This document shows positions 37,337 through 46,125 of a stretch of 64,000 nucleotides of DNA, piece by piece; positions within the stretch are counted from its first letter, which is position 1, and every line of letters starts with the position of its first letter. This DNA is from Chlamydiia bacterium (lineage in GTDB: Bacteria > Chlamydiota > Chlamydiia > Chlamydiales > GCA-2402025). Location: positions 10,299 to 74,298 of the forward strand of contig JAJACS010000001.1 of NCBI GenBank assembly GCA_022601395.1, read 5' to 3'. The notes beneath the pieces were generated by a model, which worked only from the letters and a program-made list of their open reading frames with translations, did not search any database and was not told the DNA's origin. A program made the position numbers and the translations under genes.

Positions 37337-38125
37337 TTGAAAAAATATTTACTTATATTAGCTATTTCAGTTTTGACAAGAGGGTTTTCCTTATACATGG
37401 GTAATCCCTATCTTCCAGAGTACCCTGAGACAGGTATATTTTTACCAAGTGATTTTCCAGTGGGGGTTAAAGCAGGATATCAAGGCGGCTTAGTTTATGA
37501 AAGACTCATGAAGATCAAAGGTTCTAGTATTAGTACCATTCCTAAAAGAGAGAATCTAGTATATCACCAAAACCTTGCGATGGTGAGTATGGTTCTTTAC
37601 GATAGGGTAGAGCTCTATACAGGTCTTGGAGCTGGACAGTTTTACAAAGAGGGGCCTGTAGACTTATCTATCATGCACACAATGTCCCATGATAACTTTG
37701 TTTGGGAAGCTGGAGGAAGAGTTCTTCTTATTTTCTGGAAGGGCACTGCTTTTGGAGCTTCTGCGGGCTATCAAGGAGCGAGTCCAAACATGGCGTGGAA
37801 TACTCTCAATGAAGCCCCAACTACAACGAGTCATTCTAAGCTTAACTATAGTCAGTGGCAAGTGGCTCTTAGTCTATCCCACAAGCTAGGCTTTTTTTCC
37901 CCATATATAGGAGGGACTTATTCCTATGTTAAATATAAGATCTCTAGTCCTGTATACACAGACCTTCTTGGGGGCGATGACCACACTAAAACCTACGAGA
38001 ACAAACAAAAAATAAGCCTTGTTGTAGGGGCATCAATTACCGCTACAGAAGTGATTAATTTAGATATAGAAGCCAAGACTTTTGGCGAAAAAAGTGTGAC
38101 GGTTGCTGGCTGCATTCGTTTCTGA
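37337..38125 (+). CDS. short MOMP-family (chlamydial major outer membrane protein-like) porin, copy 1
   Basis: TTG start. Signal peptide, then LYMGNPYLPEYPETGIF...VKAGYQGGLVYERLMK...LYDRVELYTGLGAGQFY parallels C. trachomatis MOMP LPVGNPAEPSLMIDGIL...MRVGYYGDFVFDRVLK...IWDRFDVFCTLGATSGY. C-terminal IRF. Confidence 0.6.
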   Translation: MKKYLLILAISVLTRGFSLYMGNPYLPEYPETGIFLPSDFPVGVKAGYQGGLVYERLMKIKGSSISTIPKRENLVYHQNLAMVSMVLYDRVELYTGLGAGQFYKEGPVDLSIMHTMSHDNFVWEAGGRVLLIFWKGTAFGASAGYQGASPNMAWNTLNEAPTTTSHSKLNYSQWQVALSLSHKLGFFSPYIGGTYSYVKYKISSPVYTDLLGGDDHTKTYENKQKISLVVGASITATEVINLDIEAKTFGEKSVTVAGCIRF

Positions 38126-38191
38126 TCATTTCTGTTTTCAAAATATAAATCATTACCTACACTGAAAAAACGGTGTAACTAGGATATTTTC

Positions 38192-38977
38192 ATGTTAAAA
38201 AAAGCTCTATTGTCTGCTTTTGTGCTTGCTAGTTGTGGTGCTCATGCTCTTTATAATGGTGCACCAAGCCTACCTCATGTCACAGAGACTGGTTTTTTCT
38301 TTAACAAAGATGATTGGTTTGCTCTAAAAGTAGGGTATCAAGGTGATCTTCTTATCGATAGAAGTTTGAGACCAACAAACAATAGAATAAAACGTATGGA
38401 TGTGTTTGGTTATCACCTCAACCAAGGGGTGATTACAGCAAACTTTGTAGATCGTTTTGAAGTATATTCATCACTTGGTGCTGCCAAATTCTTTATAGAG
38501 CCTCGTGTAACAGAGACAACAAGACTTTCCATGGAAACAGGGAATAGATTTACTTGGGGTGTGGGAGCAAGGGGAGTTCTTTATGAGGTGTCTAAATTCA
38601 CATTTGGTATGGATGTAAAGTACCAAGAGGCGAACCCTTCTTTTCAATGGATTAGTCTCAATGGCGCGCCTATTGGCCCGACCGGTGGAGCTAAACTCAA
38701 GTATCAAGAGTGGCAGATAGGTCTTGGAGTCAGTTACCGCATAGAACTATTTACTCCTTATATTGTAGGTAGGTACTGCCAAACACTTAGTAGATACAAG
38801 CATTTCCCATTAGGGCTTCTTGCAAACAATGCAACATCTTTTAGGGTGAAAAGTCGCAAGAAATTCGGCATTTCTGTGGGAGCAACACTTTCTAGTGGAA
38901 ATATATTTGATATGGACTTTGAAGCTCGTATGATTGATGAGACAGCAGCTACAATTGCTCTTACAGTACGTATCTAA
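38192..38977 (+). CDS. short MOMP-family porin, copy 2 (tandem paralog)
   Basis: LYNGAPSLPHVTETGFF...LKVGYQGDLLIDRSLR...FVDRFEVYSSLGAAKFF. Same length and layout as copy 1. Confidence 0.6.
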   Translation: MLKKALLSAFVLASCGAHALYNGAPSLPHVTETGFFFNKDDWFALKVGYQGDLLIDRSLRPTNNRIKRMDVFGYHLNQGVITANFVDRFEVYSSLGAAKFFIEPRVTETTRLSMETGNRFTWGVGARGVLYEVSKFTFGMDVKYQEANPSFQWISLNGAPIGPTGGAKLKYQEWQIGLGVSYRIELFTPYIVGRYCQTLSRYKHFPLGLLANNATSFRVKSRKKFGISVGATLSSGNIFDMDFEARMIDETAATIALTVRI

Positions 38978-39064
38978 CCTTATCTAAACCTCAATACTAT
39001 TCTATGTATATTTACGACTCTATCTGCAAACTATTAGATGGTCTTGTTTCTTGGGGCCCATATT

Positions 39065-42000
39065 TTATGGGCAAGTGGATCCAACTGGAGTATAGAAAAC
39101 TGAGTTGTTTAGTGCATTTGTAGGAGTGTATTTAACAGTGGCATTGGGACTATTTGAAGTCTTAAGCCCGGATTCGCTACCTGTAGCTATTTTAATAATA
39201 CCCCCATTTTCTGTTTCAAAAGAAAAGAGTTTAGATGAATTATTAGTAAAAGTATCGATGCAGAGAGTTGCGCCTGTTCCAGAGCTTTCAAAGCCAAAGT
39301 CAGGGACGGTTGACTCCTGTCTTCCTATTGATGTGTTATTTGTCCCCTGAAAGTGCATAGTGGCATTGTTTCCAAAAAGCTCAATTCCTGGAATAAGTGC
39401 AAAACCTACAAAACTATTGTTGTCAAAGACAACATTATGAGTGGCGTTATTGCCTGAAAATCGAGCTTCTACAGCAAAAGAAGATTGAAGAATTTTATTA
39501 TTACTAACTGTTGTTTCTAAAGTTTTAGATGCGGCATCGAGCCCCAAAAGGATGGCTTGTTCATCATTTGATGAGGTGGACTTGATTGTATTATTGACAA
39601 TATTAATAGTACCCCCTCCGTCTAAATCAAGATTAATTCCATGAGATGTAACGGGAATTATACTATTATCCTGAATTGTGAGTAATTGGCCTTCAACACC
39701 TGGGTCAGGACAATTGAGATTGATCCCGATACTAGCTTGGCCAGTGCTTGGATCAGAGCTCTCAGCAGCAATTGAATTATTAATGATGGTGTGACTCCAT
39801 CCTGAGCCAGAATCGGAGTTAATGGAAATTCCAGTTTGTGCTTTATTCTTGTTGTTCATAAGTATCTCGTTTTCAGTAATATAGGTGGTCATTTCTGAGC
39901 CCCCTGCGTGAGTAAAGAAAATTACTGACCCACTTTCTGTAAGTGTTGGTTGAGGAATAAAAGAAAAGCCGCCTACAAAATAGTCACTAGCTGATGAGGT
40001 ATCGGAGTTTGTGAAAATGATCCCACCAGGGTGCGTAGAAGCTACGATAGGTTTTTGATTTGTTTTAGGGGTAATATTATGCCCTTTATAGTTTAAATCT
40101 ACTGATGATCCTACAAGCAGCTGGTTGATTTTAATAGAATAACCAGCTGTCCCTGTATCGTATACGTCACCTCTTCCATAGACGTAGATAAGGTCTCCTT
40201 CAGAACTTGTAGCTTGTGCCTGTGGCATTGTTTTATAAGGGAACCAGAAAGAACCGTTTTGCTGAGATGTGCTGTATGGGGTGGCGCTATCTACATAAAC
40301 CGCTTGAAGTTCAGGGCAGCCGCTACCAGGAGGAGCGATGGTAACGTCTCCAATAAGGTTGTATGCAGCATCGGGGTTGTTGCCGTTTGGTTGACTAGCC
40401 TTTTTTATTAAGCCCTGAGTAGTAAAATCAGTACTGCTTTGGCTGAATACTCCGAAACCTCCCTTAGCTCCAGATATTCTTTCAAGTTTAAAGTTTATTG
40501 GGTCTAGATTTCGTGTAAGTGTTAAGCAGAGAGGTTCACTACCTCCTTGGCTAACGAGCATTTGTCTGCAGTCATTGTTATCGATTGTACAGTGAAGAAC
40601 AGAGTCCACATTGTTGTCAGGGTTATTTAAGTCCGAACTATTTGCGACTGTGATATCAAAGGCACCACCTCCAGAGCTATTCAGAAAAATGGTATTTTTT
40701 CGGATGGTTAGATTGCTTACATTAAGAGTTCCTGTAGATGTGTTTCTGTAGTTAATTCCAGAGTACTGTCCTGCCTGCGGCAGCGGGTATGTGATAGTAT
40801 TTTGCTCAATATCTAAGTTTACAGAACCTGTAGTGACTGACTGTATTGCGTCTGAACCTGATGAAACAGAAATAGTATTACCACTGATAACACCATTAAT
40901 TTTATCAGCTGCAGTGAAGTTTGACAGGCTTATGGATGATCCTGAAGTAGTAAATGTGTTTCCTGCAATAATAAGATTTCCGTTGTCAGAGCTATTTTCA
41001 TATCCAACGGCAGTTGCTAGATTAGCTCCTGTAAAGGTATTTTCTCGAACTTTAAGGCTGTTGCGATGGCTGCTTGCCCAGTCAAAGAAAACAGCTTTAT
41101 TAAAACCTGTAGTGACTGTGTTGTTCCGAAGGCTGTAAGTGCCTCCGTTATTACCTGTAATTGTGTCATCTTGACTGATATCAAAGGCATGTCCTAGATT
41201 AGAGTTTGAAGACACATCGTTGTTGATGATGAAAGTTGAATCGTAAAGGTTAAGCAACTGGAAAGCATCCTGGCCATTTCTAGCTTCAACGGTGTTACCT
41301 TTAATCATATTGACATTTGTGTAGTTATTTACGGCATTCTCCATAGAAACTACAGCTGGATCAGTTGTGCTTGATCCAGCACCAATAATCACATTATCTA
41401 TAATGTAGTTGTTTCCTACTGGGTCGTCAAGATCCACTACGTTAAATAGGTTTGATCCTCCAGTAATCTGGTTTCCTCTTATGTTCACAGCAGTGCTTTG
41501 TACTGCAATTGCTGCACTATCTGTGGCGTCAATCACAAAACCGTTAATGGTAATTTCTCTAGCGAGTTGCGCCAGAAAGACAGGATTTCCTGTGTTTGTG
41601 ATCTTTGCAAGCTCTCCAGGGGTAAACGGAGGAATGATCACTCCATTTAGCGTTAGATCAAGACCAGAGCTAGACATGACCTGCCCAGACTTGAACCCGT
41701 ATCCTTCGTCATAATTTCTTGAAGTTCCGTCTCCAAAGAAGACGTAAACTACGCCGTCTTCAGGAGCGTTTAGGTCAGCTAGTCTAATGGTTGTATATGG
41801 ATCTTCAAAGGTGCCGCTTCCTGTTCCTGGGGTGTCTCCTTGACCGATATGTGCTGTACCTGTGTTATTCACAAAGGTAAAGTGATAGGAATTTCCAAAC
41901 TCATCAAGGTGTGGAAATCTGTGGCTTTTTCTATATATCGGGATAATTTCATTGCGGATGACATCTTGTGTTTTTACATTCATCCACTCTAGGTAGTTAT

Positions 42001-42844
42001 CACTTTCGGATTTTTGGTAAGGAAACCTACTTTTTGTAGATCCCTTGAGTCTTCTTGGTCCAAGAGGAATATTAAAGCTTGCAAATCCGTTGATGCGGCC
42101 TTTGAAAAGTTTGTCATAGGTGTATTCTACTCCAATGCTAAACCACTGGGTAGGACTTGCACGAAGCCTAGCTCTTGCTCCAGGAACATTGCCAACGTTT
42201 TGAAAGCCAAAAAAGCCTTTTTGTTTAAAAAGGTAGTAACCCCCAACGCCAACATAAAGACCTAGCTGCTCAAATGGAGGGGGAAGAGTAAATCCAAGTT
42301 CTCCATCAGCAGAGGGGAGTGCATAACGGATTTTTTGTTGAACAAGGGCGCTGTTTCCCTGGAATTCTCTAAAATGAATATCATCTTCTTGAAACTTGCC
42401 AGAGAAAGGGTAGTATCCGTTTAGGCGTAAGCTCAGGTACCTTCCTAAAAACTCTACTCCTCCAGCACCTTGGTGGGAAGAGAATGATTTAAAATTTCTA
42501 AAATCATAGTAGGCATTCATTCCGAATACGAGTGATTCTTCTGAGTTTGAGAATCTGCAACCGAGACCCACGTTTGACGCTAGGTAAGCGTTGTTAAAGA
42601 CATGAAGCTTTGCATCAACAAAAGGGAGACCGATTGTGTTTGTGTTTGGACAGGCGAAAACTCCTACGGTGGAGTAACCTTCATCATACCCCATACCCTT
42701 ATGCTCTCGGTGTTTGATTTCCACACGAGAGAAGGTATACTTACCCATTCCTGTGCTGAGAGCCATTAGAGAAGCACTGCTAAATAGCAGGGCAAAAAAG
42801 ATTCTCCTAAATGCTGAATAGAAAAATGACATTTGAACAAACAC
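39065..42844 (-). CDS. inverse-autotransporter-type (type Ve-like) surface protein with an N-terminal beta-barrel and a parallel beta-helix passenger
   Basis: aa ~30-265 resemble the intimin/invasin beta-domain (LGCRF...VFGMNAYYDFRNF...HQGAGGVEFLGRYLSLRLNGYYPFSG...GELGFTLPPPFEQLGLYVGVGGYYLF...SIGVEYTYDKLFKGRINGFASFNIPLG). The remaining ~1000 aa contain dozens of ~22-aa N/T/G-rich turns (IRGNQITG, IKGNTVEA, LRNNTVTT, VRENTFTG, IAGNTFTT, ISGNTISV, IEQNTITY, IRKNTIFL). There is no C-terminal barrel and no terminal aromatic residue. Confidence 0.6.
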   Translation of the reverse strand: MFVQMSFFYSAFRRIFFALLFSSASLMALSTGMGKYTFSRVEIKHREHKGMGYDEGYSTVGVFACPNTNTIGLPFVDAKLHVFNNAYLASNVGLGCRFSNSEESLVFGMNAYYDFRNFKSFSSHQGAGGVEFLGRYLSLRLNGYYPFSGKFQEDDIHFREFQGNSALVQQKIRYALPSADGELGFTLPPPFEQLGLYVGVGGYYLFKQKGFFGFQNVGNVPGARARLRASPTQWFSIGVEYTYDKLFKGRINGFASFNIPLGPRRLKGSTKSRFPYQKSESDNYLEWMNVKTQDVIRNEIIPIYRKSHRFPHLDEFGNSYHFTFVNNTGTAHIGQGDTPGTGSGTFEDPYTTIRLADLNAPEDGVVYVFFGDGTSRNYDEGYGFKSGQVMSSSGLDLTLNGVIIPPFTPGELAKITNTGNPVFLAQLAREITINGFVIDATDSAAIAVQSTAVNIRGNQITGGSNLFNVVDLDDPVGNNYIIDNVIIGAGSSTTDPAVVSMENAVNNYTNVNMIKGNTVEARNGQDAFQLLNLYDSTFIINNDVSSNSNLGHAFDISQDDTITGNNGGTYSLRNNTVTTGFNKAVFFDWASSHRNSLKVRENTFTGANLATAVGYENSSDNGNLIIAGNTFTTSGSSISLSNFTAADKINGVISGNTISVSSGSDAIQSVTTGSVNLDIEQNTITYPLPQAGQYSGINYRNTSTGTLNVSNLTIRKNTIFLNSSGGGAFDITVANSSDLNNPDNNVDSVLHCTIDNNDCRQMLVSQGGSEPLCLTLTRNLDPINFKLERISGAKGGFGVFSQSSTDFTTQGLIKKASQPNGNNPDAAYNLIGDVTIAPPGSGCPELQAVYVDSATPYSTSQQNGSFWFPYKTMPQAQATSSEGDLIYVYGRGDVYDTGTAGYSIKINQLLVGSSVDLNYKGHNITPKTNQKPIVASTHPGGIIFTNSDTSSASDYFVGGFSFIPQPTLTESGSVIFFTHAGGSEMTTYITENEILMNNKNKAQTGISINSDSGSGWSHTIINNSIAAESSDPSTGQASIGINLNCPDPGVEGQLLTIQDNSIIPVTSHGINLDLDGGGTINIVNNTIKSTSSNDEQAILLGLDAASKTLETTVSNNKILQSSFAVEARFSGNNATHNVVFDNNSFVGFALIPGIELFGNNATMHFQGTNNTSIGRQESTVPDFGFESSGTGATLCIDTFTNNSSKLFSFETENGGIIKIATGSESGLKTSNSPNATVKYTPTNALNNSVFYTPVGSTCP

Positions 42845-42992
42845 AGCTTAAAAGGTTTCACCAAATATCCGTTGTACTACTTTCAATATTTTATTGAAAT
42901 TACAATCATCGAGATTCATTGCTAAAAATCCTCTGTTAACCTACACTCTGTCCCTCATCTATTTACGACAAGCTTTTTTGGAGCCTTATTTA

Positions 42993-44246
42993 ATGTTCAA
43001 ACGTACTATTTTTTCATTTTTGTTTTTAGGAACTATCGCACTTAACGCAATTGACTCACCTATTGTGAAGCCAAGGTCTACGGATTCTTTCACAGAAGAA
43101 GAGATTAAAGAGTTGAAAGAATGGATAAAAAAGAAAAGGCAGGTCGTTGGGATCAAGAGTTTTGGTGGAGAGCTTACCTTTAGTGGTGAGATTCATGCTG
43201 GCATGACTCAGTCTAACGAAGTGGTAGATGGGATCAAACAAAGAGGTTCAGGTGGAGCTTTTCCATCAAGAGGAACAAGATCCTATGATGTGGAAGTCGA
43301 CCTTCTTATGAACTATAGAGCTGAGATCACCTGGGCTACTGCGAAGATCAAATTTAAGAATAAAGCAGGGATTTCTTCTGCATCTGGTACATCGGATAAA
43401 GTGTCTCTTGATCGAGGATTTATGGGAGTTCGCTTCTTGCAGGGCGAGGCTTGGACGATGGATTTAGAAGTGGGTAGAAGAAAGCTTAGCTATACTTTTG
43501 ACTCGCAAATTGAATTCGGTTCTTTCATGGATGGGATTCTTTTAAAGTATGACCATACTTTTGATAGTATAGGAGATGTATATTTCCATGGTGGGCCTTT
43601 TGTTGTAGATTTTACTGTTGATCACTATGCATATGTTTTTGAAATAGGCTTTTTGAACATTGGAAATACAGGTATTTATACAAAGTATGCATTTCTTGAC
43701 TGGGATACAAAAAACTACGGGAACAAGCAAAAAGATGACAAATACCGCTTCTTAACGAACCAGGTAACACTCGGCTATAAGGTTGTTCCTAAATGGATGG
43801 GTAAAGTTCTTACTATCTATGCAGCAGGTCTTGTAAACTCGGCAGCACGTGAGCTTCCAGTAACTGCGAATAAGAAAGCAAACTGGGCTTGGTATGCTGG
43901 TTTCTTCCTTGGTGAAGCAAGAAAGAAAGGTGACTGGTCCGTAAATGCTAACTACCAATATGTAATGCCGCAGGCAGTACCAGGGTTTGATTCTATTGGA
44001 ATCGGAAGAGGGAACGCTGCAGGTACAGGTCTTTACTGCGCTAATAAAAGCTGTTCTATACCTACAACAAGAAGAACTGCAGCTGGAAACACGAACTACA
44101 AGGGTTTCAATTTGCAGCTTCTTTATCTTTTCACAAATAACCTAACTCTGAAACAAGGATACAAGCAGTCTATCAGACAAGATAAGGCTGTGGGACCGAT
44201 TTTCAGATATAAGGAATACAATCTAGAGCTTGTTTACATATTCTAA
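42993..44246 (+). CDS. beta-barrel outer-membrane protein (porin-like) with an N-terminal coiled segment
   Basis: The track uses TTG 42894; ATG 42993 gives the signal peptide MFKRTIFSFLFLGTIALNA. Alternating beta-strand pattern and a C-terminal LELVYIF (terminal Phe). Confidence 0.5.
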   Translation: MFKRTIFSFLFLGTIALNAIDSPIVKPRSTDSFTEEEIKELKEWIKKKRQVVGIKSFGGELTFSGEIHAGMTQSNEVVDGIKQRGSGGAFPSRGTRSYDVEVDLLMNYRAEITWATAKIKFKNKAGISSASGTSDKVSLDRGFMGVRFLQGEAWTMDLEVGRRKLSYTFDSQIEFGSFMDGILLKYDHTFDSIGDVYFHGGPFVVDFTVDHYAYVFEIGFLNIGNTGIYTKYAFLDWDTKNYGNKQKDDKYRFLTNQVTLGYKVVPKWMGKVLTIYAAGLVNSAARELPVTANKKANWAWYAGFFLGEARKKGDWSVNANYQYVMPQAVPGFDSIGIGRGNAAGTGLYCANKSCSIPTTRRTAAGNTNYKGFNLQLLYLFTNNLTLKQGYKQSIRQDKAVGPIFRYKEYNLELVYIF

Positions 44247-46111
44247 GGAGATTCTTCAAAAGAGAAGACGACTTCTTTGAGCCTATGTCTTTTTGTGATG
44301 TCTTTTTTGGAAGGTTTCTTTACGTGCATGTAAAGTGTGTGTGTAGAACCGAGTGATTCAATGTACTCATCAATATCAGAAAGATCCAAAGACTTGGAAA
44401 GAAGGAGTACTGGGAATTTCCCGCCTTTGACTTGGCTTAATATCTGCGACTCTAAGCTCTTTTTCATATTAGATAGATAAACTCCATTGATAGAAGAAAA
44501 CAATCTATAAAAGAAGTCTAGAATCCTAGGTTTATTTCTTAAGATGAAGAAATGAATATCTTCAGAACATCCAGAAAGAAGAAGAGTTTTTGTCATAGAG
44601 CTGTCTTTCATGATGATAAGAGAAGGATTTTGATCTTCAAAGGGGGAGTGGAGTAATTTAACCTCGTAAACAAGGGAAAAGATACGCCTTCCAATGAAGT
44701 TCAGAAAGATTTTCGATAGGTAGAATATAGTAAAAAAAGAGCCGACAAGGATAAGCATAGAGACGATGAAAAATCCTTTTGCAGCAGAAAGACCAAAAGT
44801 TCCACTGAAAACATAAAGTGAAAACGGAGCCATTAGAACTCCTGTGAAGCTTAAGAAGTTCGAAGCAGCAATGACTTGCCCTCTTTTTATATCAGGGCTG
44901 AAAGTTTGTAGATAGGCATCAAAGGGAACGATAAAACACCCACCGGCTGCACCGATGCATATCAGTAAGATGAGGTTGGTAAAAATAGTTTTTGGGCTGA
45001 CTGCAAGAAGGAACAGAAAGAGAAAAAGAAAAACTCCCGAGCAGCAGGAAAGGCCCAGCTCTACTCTATTTTTAGAAATCTTGCCAGCGAGCATGGCACC
45101 GCCAGCAATACCAATGGAAATGGTCAAAAATAAATAGCCCCCGCCATATTCAGAAAGCCCGAGTGATTCAATCGCATAGGGGATTATATTTAATTGGAAG
45201 AAAGCTCCCATATAGAGAAAAAAAGCAGCACATAAAGCAGAGGTAAGAAGGTGGGGAGTTTTATGGCAAAACCTAAGTGTTTGATAGATTTCTCGTAGGA
45301 AGAATAGCTTGATGCGCTTTTGAGTCCTTGATGGTTTCGTATGGGGGATGTATAGGCTTGCTATGAATCCAACGATGGCGATGATGACACAGAGAGCTGC
45401 TGAAATAGTGAAGTTTCTGTTTGTAACTTGCGTTGTAAAAGAAGCCAAAAAGGTTCCAACGATCATAGCAAGATAGGTAAAAGAGGTGATGACACCATTT
45501 GCTTTAGAGATTTTATCAAACTGTACAATCTCTGGGATAATGCTGTATTTGGGTGGTCCGAAGACAGCGCTTTGAAAAGAGAGAAGAAAAAGCAAAGAAT
45601 AACAAGACCAGGCGCTTTGATAAGCGAAGGCGGCAACGCCAAGAATCGTAATAACAACTTCCAAACCTTTAAGGGCTACGATCAGCTTTTGCTTTGAGAT
45701 TTTGTCAGCAAGTACACCTGCTGCAGAGGAAAAAAGCAGAAACGGCAGGACGTATACGGTTCCAACCCAAAAAAGTATAGAGCTTGAGTGTTCTATACCT
45801 CTAAGGTCAATAAGTAAAAAGACCGTTAAGAATTTGAAAACATTATCGTTGATCACCCCAAGGAATTGAGAGATGTTCAAGGCGTTGAGAGCTTTTTTTG
45901 AGCAGAACGTATCAGAATGGACAATATCTTTTCGCTTCTGAATGATTCTTTTTATCAAACTTTTCTTAGGCATATCATCCGTTAAAGATTTCATGCGAGA
46001 CCATATCAATTTATATCTTTTTAAATCTGCTAAAAAAAGCCTTCTCTCTATAGCTTTTTCTAGATTGATATTAACAAAACTTTTGGCCCATACTTGGGAA
46101 GATAGAAGCAA
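44243..46111 (-). CDS. lplT: LplT-like MFS lysophospholipid transporter with a ~150-aa C-terminal extension
   Basis: SQFLGVINDNVFKFL and LPFLLFSSAAGVLADKISKQK match LplT. About 12 TM segments. The C-terminal domain looks like a PlsC-type acyltransferase without the HX4D and EG motifs. The true start is uncertain. Confidence 0.6.
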   Translation of the reverse strand: MLLSSQVWAKSFVNINLEKAIERRLFLADLKRYKLIWSRMKSLTDDMPKKSLIKRIIQKRKDIVHSDTFCSKKALNALNISQFLGVINDNVFKFLTVFLLIDLRGIEHSSSILFWVGTVYVLPFLLFSSAAGVLADKISKQKLIVALKGLEVVITILGVAAFAYQSAWSCYSLLFLLSFQSAVFGPPKYSIIPEIVQFDKISKANGVITSFTYLAMIVGTFLASFTTQVTNRNFTISAALCVIIAIVGFIASLYIPHTKPSRTQKRIKLFFLREIYQTLRFCHKTPHLLTSALCAAFFLYMGAFFQLNIIPYAIESLGLSEYGGGYLFLTISIGIAGGAMLAGKISKNRVELGLSCCSGVFLFLFLFLLAVSPKTIFTNLILLICIGAAGGCFIVPFDAYLQTFSPDIKRGQVIAASNFLSFTGVLMAPFSLYVFSGTFGLSAAKGFFIVSMLILVGSFFTIFYLSKIFLNFIGRRIFSLVYEVKLLHSPFEDQNPSLIIMKDSSMTKTLLLSGCSEDIHFFILRNKPRILDFFYRLFSSINGVYLSNMKKSLESQILSQVKGGKFPVLLLSKSLDLSDIDEYIESLGSTHTLYMHVKKPSKKDITKRHRLKEVVFSFEESP

Positions 46112-46125
46112 CGAATGTAGATTAC

